64,000 bases of DNA from Takakia lepidozioides (GCA_030704615.1 CM060732.1:23932001-23996000), one strand, 5' to 3'. Positions 23,478 to 36,459 are shown, counted from the stretch's first letter. Notes: a model not told the origin generated them from the letters alone. A program made the numbers and translations.

Positions 23478-25202
23478 GAAAATGGCAATGATCTTGCCAC
23501 CAAATCCCGGCCGCTCTCTTTTGACGGTTGTTTGTTGTCCGATGTTGTGGTAGGCGTTTCCATGCACGCAACTGTTCCTCTTTTGCGCGCGATGTTCATG
23601 ATGATGATGAAGCGTGTGCTTGAACATGAGAGGACTGTCTCGGCACTACAGCCACCATCGTGCATATGTTTCCACTATTTTTCGGGAACCTTCATTTTAT
23701 AGTTTGGTTCTATGTCATAAATATGGAAAATGCGGACATCTGTCGTCGATAACGTGCTCTGCTTGTGATCCGTCATGATACGTTTAGCCCCTTCGTACTG
23801 CATCCCTCATGAGAGCCTTCACAAGTTTAGTTCGTTAAAGTAACCCATGGGTAACATGGGCGCGAAAATGGCGGAAACATATGCACATGGGGGCGTGTAT
23901 TGCAGATTTCGTATCGGACGATGGGACTGTTTATGTGACCAAGTATAGCGGCTTGCATCCGTCGTGCATAAGTTGTGGAAAAGGGTGGAGAATCTGAAGA
24001 AACCCAGCTTTGTGATGGATCCACATGGTATTATATAAGGGATGGCAACACAAAAAAGCAATTTGAGTCGTCACGAAACACCATCCAATTCTAAGGTCCT
24101 CAAACATCCACACGCACCTGTTGAATGCAGATGTCTGAGCCACGACGGGAGTAGGTGCAGAATTGGTACATTGTCGCATTTGCCAGGAGACGGACCAGGC
24201 TGAGACAATTGCATCTGCAAATGCGTGTGGATGTTTGAGGTCCGTTGCGTCGCGAGTCTGTTCACAGCGGGTCCGCTGGCCCGTCAGTGCTCCGGATATT
24301 CCCCTTATCGCGTGCATAACAGTCAGTTTGGAGGCGGTCTGCTGGAAGTCCGTCTGTTGGGATATCAGTCTGTCGCACTTGTGAATTTGTCAGTCTATTG
24401 TGTCGGAAGTCTGTTGCACTAAGTCTGTTTGACTTCTTATTTTCCCTCCGGTCAGTCTTTTGGCTTGTTCTCCCGCCAGTCTGGCGAAACGTCCGTCTGC
24501 TGGACAGTTCTCCTCTATGGATATCAGTCTGTTGGACTGTGCATGCATCAGTCTGTTGTGCCGCGAGTCTGTTTGCAATGGGTGTGTTTGACTTTCCTGT
24601 TCTCCCCTTACTCTCTTTTGTCTTCATTCCGCTGGCAGGGAAGTGCCTCCAATATGAAGCCGCTTCGCCTTAGCAAAGCAAATAGTCCGTTGGACTGGCG
24701 ACCTGGTGGACACTTGGCCCGATGGGAAATGAGTCTGTTGCACGTGCGAGGACCGTGGATGAATTTAGTACGATGCGTTCGTTCGGTGAACGTATTCAAT
24801 GCGATGACGGCGGATAGTTGGCGCCTGTGAAATCGCGCCACGTTGGCAGTGCCATGCCCGCTTTCCCCCTTCTACTTCTACTTTCTTCTCATGTTCCCTG
24901 TGCGATCGACTCCATTCTCTTCGCGCCTGTTTCTTCGCAGTGCTTTGTTTTCCTCTTTGCGTTTCCATCACTGTAACGAAAGACGGCCGTTCTTCCCCAG
25001 GTGTGGAGAGTCGCGATGAGCCGCGAAGCGTCGTAAACATGCTCGCCTTCGTAACAACTCGAAGTTCATCGGCTCGGTGAGGTTCTCACTTGCTACGGTG
25101 TTTCCATTCCATTCTATGTCCTCTTCTTGCTTAGGGTGAGTCTTTTCATAGGACTTCTATCTGTCGCTCATTGTCCTTGCACCCTCGTTTCATTCTGCAG
25201 CG

Positions 25203-28200
25203 ATGGAGGATGCTTATGAAAAGGGTGGAGCGGACTGGGTGGATTTTGTGCACCAAACCAGACTGAAGAAGGAGCAAAGGTACTGGTACTCAGCAGACAA
25301 GTTTGATCATAAAATAGTGGAAGCATTTGTAGACCTCCGCGCCCGGAAGCCCAAAAACTCGAATTGGCAGAAGGACAAGCTCTTCTGTCCCTTCTGTGAA
25401 GAGGTTATCAAGGACAAAATCCAACTAAATCGGCATTGTGTTGACACGGGTTGCAAGGAGACTGTTGCAATGATTCCATGGGATTTCAAGCCTTGGCCGA
25501 TACTGAAAGAAATGTCGATTGTCAAAGAGGCCACAATGCGCTTGCGCGGATCAGTGCTTGACCCCCGCACTTTGGAATTAGACGAAGTGCGCGCACGGTA
25601 TGGCGTCCATTCTGGTGGCCCGTCAATGGAGGATTTGTAAGTGCAGGGAATGCCAGACGCTGCTAGAAAACGTAAACTGAGTGATGGGGCCCAAAAAAAG
25701 GAGAGGCAAAAAAAAGAGAAGGCTGCAAGGTCTGCTCGTGAGGCAAGGGCAAAATCCACGCAACAGACTAAACCCCGTCCTGGGCGGCAGACCCACACCA
25801 CCAGTACTGATACTAAAAGTGAATCTGCTCAGGGCCTGGAAGGGGTGACAAGTCCAGTGGACATTGACTTGCCTGACCAGACTCAGCAGCAGACTCACAC
25901 AAATATCGCGACCCATGCCAGAGGTTTAGGGTCAAAACCAAAAACTCAACAGAGCACTGAAGGGCCAGTCTGCCCTGGCACATTGCGCCTCGTTGACTTT
26001 GGGCTTTTCCCACCAGAGTGCCCACCAATTGGGGATCTAGACTTCTTCCGTTATTTCTACAGAGTTGCCCAATCAGGTCTGCTACGCACATTCATCGGAT
26101 AGGCGGAACAGAACTGGTTGAACAACTTTGAAGATGAAGATGACGATGATGAAGTAGAGGAGGTAATGGTCAGTCTGACCGCCCAGTCTGTTCTCTGTGC
26201 TGTTTGAGTCCATCATCGGGGTCACGTTGCCTATTTAGTTTGGTCAGTCCGCTGCGTTCTCTCCTCAGTCCGCTGGCTCACTCCGCTGTCAGTTAGTCTG
26301 TTTTATATCGCTGCATTACTTACTGAGTCCGTTTGTCAGTCCGCTGGTCCAGTCCACTGGTACAGTCTACTAGTTGCCTCCACCCTACGTACGCACTTTA
26401 CATCTGTCAGTCTGCTGGTCTGTGAGTCCAGTCCGCTGCATGAGGTGAATATAGAGTCCACGTCCATGTTCCTGACGTCCAAGTTCTCTACCGTGTACCA
26501 GGATGAACATGTTTTTATTTGTAGGGCCATTCAGGCTTGGCGGATACCTAGCAATGATGCTCCTTTATAAGCGACTGCAGTGCGTGCGGAAGTGGACCGC
26601 GTGCGAGAGTACATATTATTGAAGTATCCTGGGTCATTTGCTGCTATAGCGGCATTACATATTCAAGACGCGTCGGGGGGGAATGCGTCTGGGATAGCCG
26701 AGTCTGCCACCCAGCAGACTCCCATTCAACAGGCCGTCATCCAGCAGACTCCCGTTCAGCAGCCTGTCATCTAGCAGACTCCAATGGAGCAGACTCCCAA
26801 CGAGCAGCCTGTCATCCTGCAGACTCCTCTCTAGGAGCCCATCATGCAGCCCATGCCAATGGGAAGTCCTGTCATCCAATAGACTGCGGACCAGCAGACT
26901 GCCTTTCTCTCACATAGCACGGCACTTTTTGTAGTTTGGCGATCACCATCACCGGTAATTCGACCCGGAGCTGAAGACCTCACACTTCCCCGGCTTAGGG
27001 TGGGAGAAATTAATCCCCATTTGGATTGGCATAATGAGCTCCACCGGATTGTTGTGGACCGCCGGTGGTCATTTGTACCCTTTCATTATTCAATGGAGTT
27101 TTCTATTGAGGAAGCCAACCATGTTGTGGAAGCCGCCTCTGCTGTTGCCATTGAAGCCACAAGCGTCCAAAATGCACCGCCTCTACTTGTGCAGCTGATT
27201 CTCATGGATGACCCACGGCCTGAAGACCTTAGACATATGCCTATAGCACATCCAACCTTTGGGATGCGAAGAAAGCACTTGTTCGGATTGACTGAGGAGG
27301 ACTTTGAGCGCATGGCAGCTTCCTTCCTACAACACAGATGGATGCAATTTGACAATTTTCGCTCATACAACAAGTTGATGAAGGATCTGCATAGTTTGAG
27401 GATGGACTTACTCCATGGAACAGACCATTCACAGAAGTTTGTGGTGGATGACGCATTGCACTGGTTTGCATTGGTGATGGAGCGAGCAGTATTCGACACA
27501 GTTTTGCAGAATCCCAATGTCTTCAAAGTCCTGTGGTGTGGGATCCCAACTGAAGACCGCATCGGCGCCATTGCTCATCTCGATGGAGCATGCCCGTGCC
27601 GGCAAATCAAGGACATTGGCCTTGTCGGAAATCTCTTGGAAGGTAAAATGTTATGGGCAACTTTCGTGTTTCAGCTCAATTTCTTTTGCCAACTTTTTTA
27701 GAAGTTCACATTTGCATAAACATGTGTTGCAGGGCGAGTTGATCTGGGAGACAAGCAAGTGCAAGTTGCTTTTGACTCTTTTGCCAGAGGTGCAAGGGAC
27801 CTTGTCCTGGCTTTACAAGGAGTTCGGGAGACTGTCCAGCAGACTGGCCACAAGAATGTCCAACAACATATATCCCCACGACACATGTGGGCAGACTGCC
27901 CAAGTGCTGGAGACCGAGCATGTGCACCAGACCGTCCCGGGTAATAGGCCGGATCACTCCCAGCAGACTGCCGCGCACACACATACTCAGTATGTGCAAA
28001 CAGTACTGAGTGGGCAGCGAACTTTGCAGACTTTGCAGCAGACTGGAGAACAGACCGGCCAACAGACTGCCTCTCAGCCGACTGTGCAGCAGACCAGCAA
28101 ACATGGCCACCAGACTGCCCCTCAGCAGACTGTGCAGTAGACCGTGTAGCAGACCAACGAATCCAACTAGCAGATTGCCCCTCAACAGACTATGCAGCAC

Positions 28201-29432
28201 ACTGGCGAACCCACTCAGCAGATGGCCGAGTAGACTATCCAGGAGACTAACAGCCAGTCTGTTCCCTGGATTGTGCAACAGACTCGGATGCACTGGCCTC
28301 ACCGGGACCCTGTGGACGAATTTATGCTGAGTTCCCAACAACATGTTTTTGGATCTGCCAGTATGAGTGTTTTGACCGAGTCCACTTTTCCCCCAGGCAC
28401 ATTCACTGACGACGTCATCAGGTCACCGGTAAAGCATTCTTATCCAGCTCCCCGTGGCCTGCCTTCTATGACCTTCCAGCTTAGTCCCGTTTTCGTGCGC
28501 TCAGTGGCGAAAGCCATAGATGAGTCTTACGTGATGACCGAACTCAATCTGGGAACGCAAAACCGTATCGTAGATCTTACAGAAGAGTCTGAGGAAGCAA
28601 TTACCGGTGGGTCTTTCATACATATTCTTGATGTTTCCCAAGTCCATGGAGATCCGAACACCCAGCCGGCTGTCCACCAGACTGACCAGCACACTGAACA
28701 GTCGACACATGGAAGGACTGTCGAGCAACCTGTGGCGGGGCAGCATACTATCTTCATTGATGAGCAGACTGAACCGCAGACTAACCAGCAGACTGCATAG
28801 GTCACAGATGGAAGGACTGACCAGTATGGCTTGGAGCGGCAGACTGCACAGCTCAGCTCTGATTGCACAGTTCAGACTGCACGGCCTGACCAGCACACTG
28901 CACACTTCACAGAGGGAAGGAGTGACAACCAACCTGCCACCAAGCACACTGCCCACATTGAGGAAGAGACTGAACCGCAGAGTTGCCAGCAGACTGCACA
29001 ATTCACAGATGAAAGGACTGACGAAGAACCGGCGGCCGAGCAGACTGCCCACATTGAGCAACAGACTGAACATGCTGGCAGGCACACTGACAAGGAACCA
29101 CATGCGGCGCAAACACCGTCTGGTATAGCGCTGGATTATATGGAGTCTGCTCCCTCACCCCTTGGGCAGGTTGTGCCATATCCTCTTTCAGCACTGTTGT
29201 TTATGTTTTAGCACATTGTGAAATTGGGCTAATTCGCCATTTTGCTCGGTATCCTCATAGGATGTTCGTCCCTCCGTCGGCAGACTGTCTACTTCTGAGG
29301 ACATGACATCTTCCGCCCATGCTGCAAACGTGGGATTGACAACCAAGAAAGGTGTGGGGGTGAGCACGCCCCTCGATGTGCGGGTCAGTTCTACGCATGC
29401 GACCCACGAAGCTGCAAAGACAGGTCCAGCAA
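25203..29432 (+). pseudogene. MULE-borne accessory gene of unknown family (zinc-finger-like motif, acidic tract, long QQT-rich region)
   Basis: Frame-preserving GT-AG introns 26163-26501 and 27643-27732, and probably 29170-29260. Contains CPFC-x12-H-C..GC, a basic tract RKRKL..KKERQKKEK and ACPC. Interrupted by TAA/TAG stops and cut off by the repeat copy at 29433. Confidence 0.65.
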
Positions 29433-29725
29433 GATGTGGCCGGTGGGCCCCGCCCACGGATGCCTGGCTCCCCAGCACCCCGCCCGCCCCGCCTGCCGCT
29501 ACGCGCGGTCGCCCAGCCGCGGGCGCGGCTACAGCAACCGCGCCCGCGCCCCCGTCCGCCGCGCGGCCAGTCCCCCACCCATGAGTCCACTGCCCTCCAG
29601 TCTGCCAGTCCGCCAGTCTGCCCGCCAGTCCGCTGGCCAGTCCCCTGCCATCCAGTCCGCTGATGGCACAGGATCGCCACCGTCCATTCCCATAACCCAT
29701 CCGAGCCCTCCATTTTTAGGGCTGC
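29433..29725 (+). repeat. GC-rich subterminal block, copy 2 (directly upstream of transposase ATG)
   Basis: Near-identical to 23116-23477 but with fewer GCCAGTC(C/T)GCT units. Confidence 0.9.
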
Positions 29726-29869
29726 AATTCAAACATTTATCCCTGCCGCCTGCCACTTGCCAGCAACCGCGAACGTGCGCACTATTCTCCTGGCACGTTG
29801 TCGATCGTGTCATGTACTGCGGCGCGTTTCTTGCATGTTCAGAAGCGTGTCCTTTGTACTGTATAGGGC

Positions 29870-32800
29870 ATGGACGTGGAAGCAAAACCCGATGATATAC
29901 TGATCACGGAAAGCCCGCTTATACGGCCTCTTCGACAATGTTTGCAAACAACAAAACCAGGACCCTTCAACAGGAAGGATCTCCATTGGAAGAGTGAGAC
30001 GCAATATGGGTTTATGGGTGTGCGAGTGAATGTTGAAAGGCCTGCATACCTTGGAATAGAGTTGGTGACTTTGTCCTGGGAGAGGAGAGTTTGGAGGACT
30101 ACCCCACTCAGTTTTGGGTGAATGTCCATTCTAAAGTGGAACCCGGCTCGCGAAAAGCACCCAGAGCCAACACATTTATGTCCAGTATTATGTGTGCACC
30201 ATCCTCAGTCCTTTTGACGTTTCATTGCATGTCTATTGCCATTTTTTGTTTCACGAGTTCTCTGATTTTATGCTTCCTCAAGTCGTTGGATATCGATTTT
30301 AGAATTTTCTGTCCATGTATCAATGCTGCTACGGTCCTGATGACAAACGCACCAACAAGGCAATAGTGGAGGATCCAAAACAGAAGCGTGGAGGACCTCT
30401 TGTGGGTGCTGGAACATCTTGCCCTCATAAAGGCCCAAGGAGAAAGAAGTCGGAGTATGGAGAGTCTTACAAGCGTGGTTGCCAATGCTGTTTCAAGGTC
30501 CAGCAATGCTATCTCGCCCCTGACATCTGTGTCCTCACGTACTACAACAACATGGAGCATACAGATGCGCAAGGGAAACCCTCGCATGGGAAGTCCGCAG
30601 AGTTCAGGAACACCCGCCACGCCTATGCACCACACATTAGCGAGGAATTGAAAGCCTAGATCGTGGAGTGTTTGTGCCGAGGCCTGTCGATCGCCCAAAT
30701 CATGATGGAGCATAAAGAACACGTGATGAACAACACCGACTTGGGCGATGCATGGACCCGCGATGATTTCTTGTTGGAGCAAGATGTTCGCAACCTTGCT
30801 GAGAAATGTGCGTGACAAACCTTCAAAAAGCACGCCGATGATGCGGAGAGTGTGCGCATGTGGAGAGACCAGAATCCTGCGTCCGTTTTTTTCTATCAAG
30901 AGGAGAAATTAGAGCCAACATTCGAGCATTTTGATGGAGATTTGACATTCACTATTGGCATACAGACTCCGTGGCAGAAACGACAAATGCTGGAACTAGG
31001 ACATGACCGTATCGTTGCATGTGATGCAACCTTTGGGACAAATCATGACAAGGTACGATTCAAACGATTCCATGGACTTATACGAGCATGATAGCATAGT
31101 ACCATGCAACATTCACATAAAATTTGGTGTGCTGACCCTTTCTGTATGTTTTCATGTGTACGTTGCGGAAGACCGAGGGGCAAACCCATTGTGAACCGCT
31201 GCAGACCTCATCACTCTTATGAAGTCTTCTCGTACAGAACTGAGCGGAATTTGCATGCTCTGACCATCTTACATTGTGCATTCCAACAGTTCCCATTGTA
31301 CACGTTGATGGTCTTCGACGAATGGTTGAACGGTATACCAATTGCCTATATCCTATCCGCGAGGAATCGGACAACAGACCTGGTTCCGTGGATGAGAGCC
31401 TTGCGCAATTCACTCCTCGCAGATTTGCCGAGCTGGCGACCCAATGCCTTCATTGTGGACGATGCCGAAGCAGAAATCAACGCTATTCGGTAAGTCTGTT
31501 GGTCCACAGCACCGGTCCATTGTCGAGGTCCACTGCAGCAGTCCATTGCTACAGTCCACTGGCAGACTCCTGTGGTGAAACCCGATGGCAGTTCGCTGGG
31601 CAAATCCACTGGTAGTCCGCTGTCAAGTCCGCTCATCAGTCCCCTGGCAAGTCCGCTGGCAGTCCCCAGCAAGTCCACTCGGCAGTCCGCTGGCAAGTCC
31701 ACTCAGCAGTCCCTGGGGTCGGCCGTCCGCTGCCAAGTCCACTCGGCAGTCCCTGACAAGTCCGCTTGGCAGTCCGCTGTGGCAGTCCAATGGAGCGGTC
31801 CGCTGCCCCAGTCCTAGCTAGGGGAAGTCCAATGGGGAAGTCCACTGGGTAGTCCAATGGGGTTATTCCAGCACATCAACGTCATGGCATTGTACTGTCC
31901 ACTGGGCAAGTCCAGTGGCTCTGCCCGCTGATACAGGTCGCTGTTACAGTCCACTCCGGCAGTCCACCATTGCAGTCCGATCCCAAGACTCTAATGTGTA
32001 CCATGTGTGTTGTGCAGAATTGTTTTTGAAGTAGTACTCATTTTCCTCTGCCTTTGGCATGTCCGCAAGGCATGGGTGAAGCAATCATGCAAGAAAACGA
32101 AGGATCCGGTGACCACTGTAAACTTGTTGAAGGATATGGGAGACCTCATGTACTGTAGAGGGGGACCACGCAACGAGAAAAGAGCGCTTCGGTGGGTTGC
32201 AAGGAGAATCCGTCGTATGAGGTCAAAATACCCGAAATGACATGAATTTCTTGACTATATCGAACAGTACCGGAAGCCCAAAATAGCAATGTGGTGTACA
32301 GCAGCCCGCCATGTCCCTCATGCGAGCCAAGACACAAACGCAAGCATTGAGGCATACCATGGAAATCTGAAGGCAAGACTTGCCATGGGGAAAGGCAAGA
32401 TGAGTGGTCGTAGAGTGGACTGGCTTATATGGGAACTCACTGGCCATGTGCTAACACACTACTGGTACGCAATCCATTTGAAGACCCACGGGTTCATAAG
32501 AAATGACAAACACGAAAAGTACATATCCAGTTCTATACTTGCGGCACGAGACATTCCTGCTGAGAGTGTTACTCTTCCCTTGGGTCCTCGTGAACCAGCC
32601 TACGTTCTCAGCAGCAACCACCCGGGCACAACATACATTGTTTACAATCCTGATTGCGATTGGGGTTGTTGCACGTGCCCATGAAGGGAAACTTATGCAA
32701 GCATCAGGTCCGTGTCCTGAAGATGCTTCACCCTGACCTGCAGGATGGCCTTCTTGTGCGCGCTTGTGGCACGGCACTAGGAACCATTCATGGAGGATTA

Positions 32801-33265
32801 CCTAACTTGCTCTTGGGCAATAGTGCCGGCGGCAACGACGAATCCAATCAGTTCATGGAAAAACATTCTCCGGACGACTTCCCCTACGACGAGGCACCTC
32901 TGGAGGTCTCAGCCTCAATGGAACAAGAATTCATGGACATACTTCGCATTGTAGGTGATGACAAATACCTGGAGGCGCATGCCCGATCTGCTCTTCGTAT
33001 GTGCAGAGGGCAGCTCGTTGATATCCTGGCAAAAAGTGTGGCTGGAATGTTGCACCCTGCGGCAGCGAAGGCTTTCTGTTCTCTGAACAACAACAACAAC
33101 ATGTCTCTGAAAAGGAGACGAGATTTCGTGGAGGCCTGGAAAACCCGGCCTAGGGTTTTGCGGAGAACCAGCAAGAGGGTGTCTGCACCTGCACCTGCAG
33201 CACATATATACTTGAAAATTCGCAAGGTTTCAAGTCGTGTAGGTGTCACGAAGAAGACAATATAA
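29870..33265 (+). pseudogene. MULE DDE transposase with SWIM zinc finger (stops and frameshifts)
   Basis: YQCCYGPDD, KRGCQCCF, FTIGIQTPWQ, ACDATFGTN (D1), FPLYTLMVFD..NGIPIAY, FIVDDAEAE (D2), LCLWHVRKAW, TNASIEAYH (E), SWIM CTCP....NLCKH. Introns 31053-31289 and 31490-32017. Confidence 0.9.
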
Positions 33266-33899
33266 GTCTACAATGCCTCGAAAAGAGACAAGGTTTCAGG
33301 TCGTGTAGGTATCACGAAGAAGACAATATAAGTCTGCGATTCCTCTGGTAGCATTGTCCCTTTCTGAAATACAAGTCCGCAATGGACTAATGCACAATCT
33401 CCCAACGGACTCCTCCAGTCTCCACAATCCCGGCACACTCGGCACAAACTCCCATCAGACAGCTGCAGAGTCCCACAATGGACTCCTGCACAGTCTACCA
33501 ACGGACTCCTCCAGTCTCCCAACTGACTCCCACACAGTCTCCCAAGCATAGTCTCCCAACGGACTCACGCACAGTCTCCCAACAGAGTCACAGTCAACAG
33601 ACTGCGAACGCCAGTAAGCCAGTCTGCTGCCCACTCCAAAAGTCTGCTCACCACACTTCCACCTCATCCCTGCAACTCTTCCAGTAGACTGCTGGACAGA
33701 CTAAGTCTCAAGCAGACTCATCCACAACAGCAGACTCAAAATGGACAGGCTCCAGTGGACTACCTCCCTAACGACTCATGCCAATCCAGCGTCCCAGCAG
33801 ACTCATGGACATGGTGCCTACCAGACTAGGTACCAGACCCACCAGTCCTAGCCTCGGCAGCGTACTGCTCGCACATTCAAGCTCAGCAGACTCGGGTGC

Positions 33900-35160
33900 A
33901 TAGTGCATGGAAAAATTGACACCATTGTGTCCATTGAGTTTAGTGACAACATTACAAAACATGCCAGCACCCACAGTACACAAAAGTGCTCATCACCACT
34001 GGAATAGTAAGCGAAAAGACTCGCATTTTTTATTTCGGTACATAGACTTCACATGACAAATACATCATACTCATGAGAGCAGTTTCTCTACATTGTCCAA
34101 CCCCCGCACGATATACTGGGCACACTGCATTCGCTGCCCAAGTGCAAACTAACATGGCGTCATTGCACAATCATGATGGGCAGACTCAGCAGACTCAGCA
34201 CTCAGCAGACTCAATCTTCAAACCCAGTCCACTGCACAAATACAGAGGTCAACTTAATCGCTCAGAGTCAAGACGACACTGCGAAACCAGACTATGACTC
34301 AGGAGACAGTCTCAGCAGACTCGGAAGAGTTCTTACTCATCCCCAATTGGCACCAAAATGAAATCGCACTCTTTCAAGTCCTTGCCCAGTCGTTCAGTGC
34401 TAAGGCAACCTTTCAAGACCTCCAGAAGGCTTTCACGTTGCCCCACCCCCAATGACTTCAACACCGTCCACGTTGACGTTGGAAGAACAGCAATAGTGTT
34501 GGTGAACGCAGCCTCAACCAACTTCTCATAGAATCGACACCACAACTCCAGGAGTCTATCTGTGCACTCCGACTCAACCTTCTGGAGCGCCTTTATGTCA
34601 TCCGGCGACAGTCCGCATTCAAACCGTGGGTCCCCTTCAAAAAACATCAGCATGGAATTACCCGCCTTGACGTGCAGAGCATGTGCTTTGCCAAACCGAG
34701 CAGACCATCCTTCGGGAAGCCTCATGTACTGAACAGACTGACGTCAACATGGTACCAAACACTCTACAGGCTGAACAGTTCATCAGACTTACAAGACTAA
34801 CCACAACAGACAATGATGAAACCAGTAGCAGACTGACCAGCGAGTAGACTGACCACAACAGAGCGCAAAACACTTAACGACAAAGACAGATGAGGAGACT
34901 GAGCACAGTACTCACCTATGCTGCTCCAAGAAACAACCCACATCTTTGTCCATGTCCAAGGCCAGCTTGCGGTTCTTGTTCATAAAGACGCCAGACTTTT
35001 TCTTTGCCGGTCTCTTGGTACTCGGATCCTCCTCGACCTCCTCAGCATGGTCCACGACAGTCCGCTTGTTGGCTTTGCCTCTCCCTTGGGAAGCAGGGAC
35101 AGCTGTAGGCGGGCTGGATAGAGCAGACAAATGCAGCGCTGCCGCCCTACTTCGCAACAG
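33900..35160 (-). pseudogene. Ulp1 (peptidase C48)-like protease fragment
   Basis: Spliced exons give ...CTDRLLELWCRFYE..IAVLPTSTW..KECDFILVPIGD/DGDEHFCVLWV, matching the Ulp1 D..I..Y / PI....HW pattern. Catalytic Cys region not found; 5' end abuts the right TIR. Confidence 0.5.
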
Positions 35161-36459
35161 AGGAAGACCCTATTATCTTAAAATGAGAGGCCTTGTGGAC
35201 TTGGCAGCCAGCGGTACGATAAAGTTGAGGTTGGGCAACATGTGAGCATGCTTACGTGAGCAAAAAAAGACATTCCATATGTTTTAGGAATTCCCAAATA
35301 GTATATCATGGGTAAAACAAAAATTAGTTTTCATTTGTGACGCTCATAGCCATTATTATTTTTGGTATAAATTCAAGACTATAATTGAAAAATAGAGCGT
35401 AGTTTCTTGCTCTTCCGCAACATTTTCATTTGATTTTCTTCTCCCTATCTTCTCCTTCATATTTTCAATTGCCAAAAGAAAAGGCTTCCCCTCGCTCCCA
35501 TTTCTTTTCTTTTCTTGATCATTCTCAATATCCGATCCATCAATATTATCTTTGTCTATGAATTGACCACGTAACAAAATACCATTCGAGGATTGAGGCA
35601 CTATATTAAAGTGGATATTGTACAGTATATGCACTTACAACACCTCAATTGCAACTAAAAATTGTCCATAAATGTAACATCACCGATCTGAAGCAGATAT
35701 TGTTAAATGGTCGTTGTCAGTGTAGTTCAATCTTTTATTGTGATTGAAACCACGCACCACACAGGGTTGTAAAATGCAAGTTGGGTGAGAAAGATGTGTG
35801 TTGAGTGCATTGCAAAGAGAAATATGAAGTAGGTATAAGTTGTCATCGACGAGTTCCAAAGCTTATGTAACTGGGAGACCGTGAAGCTGTGTTTGAAATT
35901 CGGAAGTATTAGTATTGAACTATCATGCTACTCTGTGGATGTTCATGAGGAAGTGGCTGCTGGGAAAAATGGGGAGGGTTATGGATCTCCCCCCCCAAAA
36001 AAAGGGAACATCGATAGATAGAACATACATTCTACTTGTATGTCGATTATCTTGTTTTAAGTGAAATTAGCGAGGCTTTGTGAATTTACCATATAACAAA
36101 GAATCATTTGAAGGTGGACTCGCATTTTTAATAACGTGGGTGTTGTGGTGTCTGCATTTACAACGTCTCAGTTGTGTTTGCAACTATGACCTAAACATGA
36201 ATAGAGAGAATATACGAATATACATGCCACTTATGTGTTATATATATATATATATATAATGAATGAGGCTTTGTAAATTGACCACATGATAAAGAATCAT
36301 TGGAACGTGGACTTCCATGTATATTGCAATGTATGCATTCTATGACATTTAAACTATGTTTGCTTGACTAAGATGTAAACATGGATATAACAATGTCATA
36401 CTTTTTATTGAACTATGTGGTCTAATTTATGTAAAACAGAATTTTGAGGTCATTTGAAG

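Larger units (their letters stand above)
23074..35191 (+). mobile_element. Mutator-like element (MULE), 12.1 kb, three genes
   Basis: Perfect 29-bp TIR GCCTCTCATTTTAAGATAATAGGGTCTTC (23074-23102; inverted copy 35163-35191). 9-bp TSD TTTGTGGAC / CTTGTGGAC (8/9). Internal MULE transposase. Confidence 0.9.

Noticed and set aside
23047-23665. Overlapping GC-rich ORFs in several frames (also 29188-29895)
   Set aside because: Open only because the repeated block is GC-rich and stop-poor; no protein signature.
23480-25040. Possible fourth MULE gene on minus strand
   Set aside because: No recognisable motif or consistent splice structure; partly motif-array translation.
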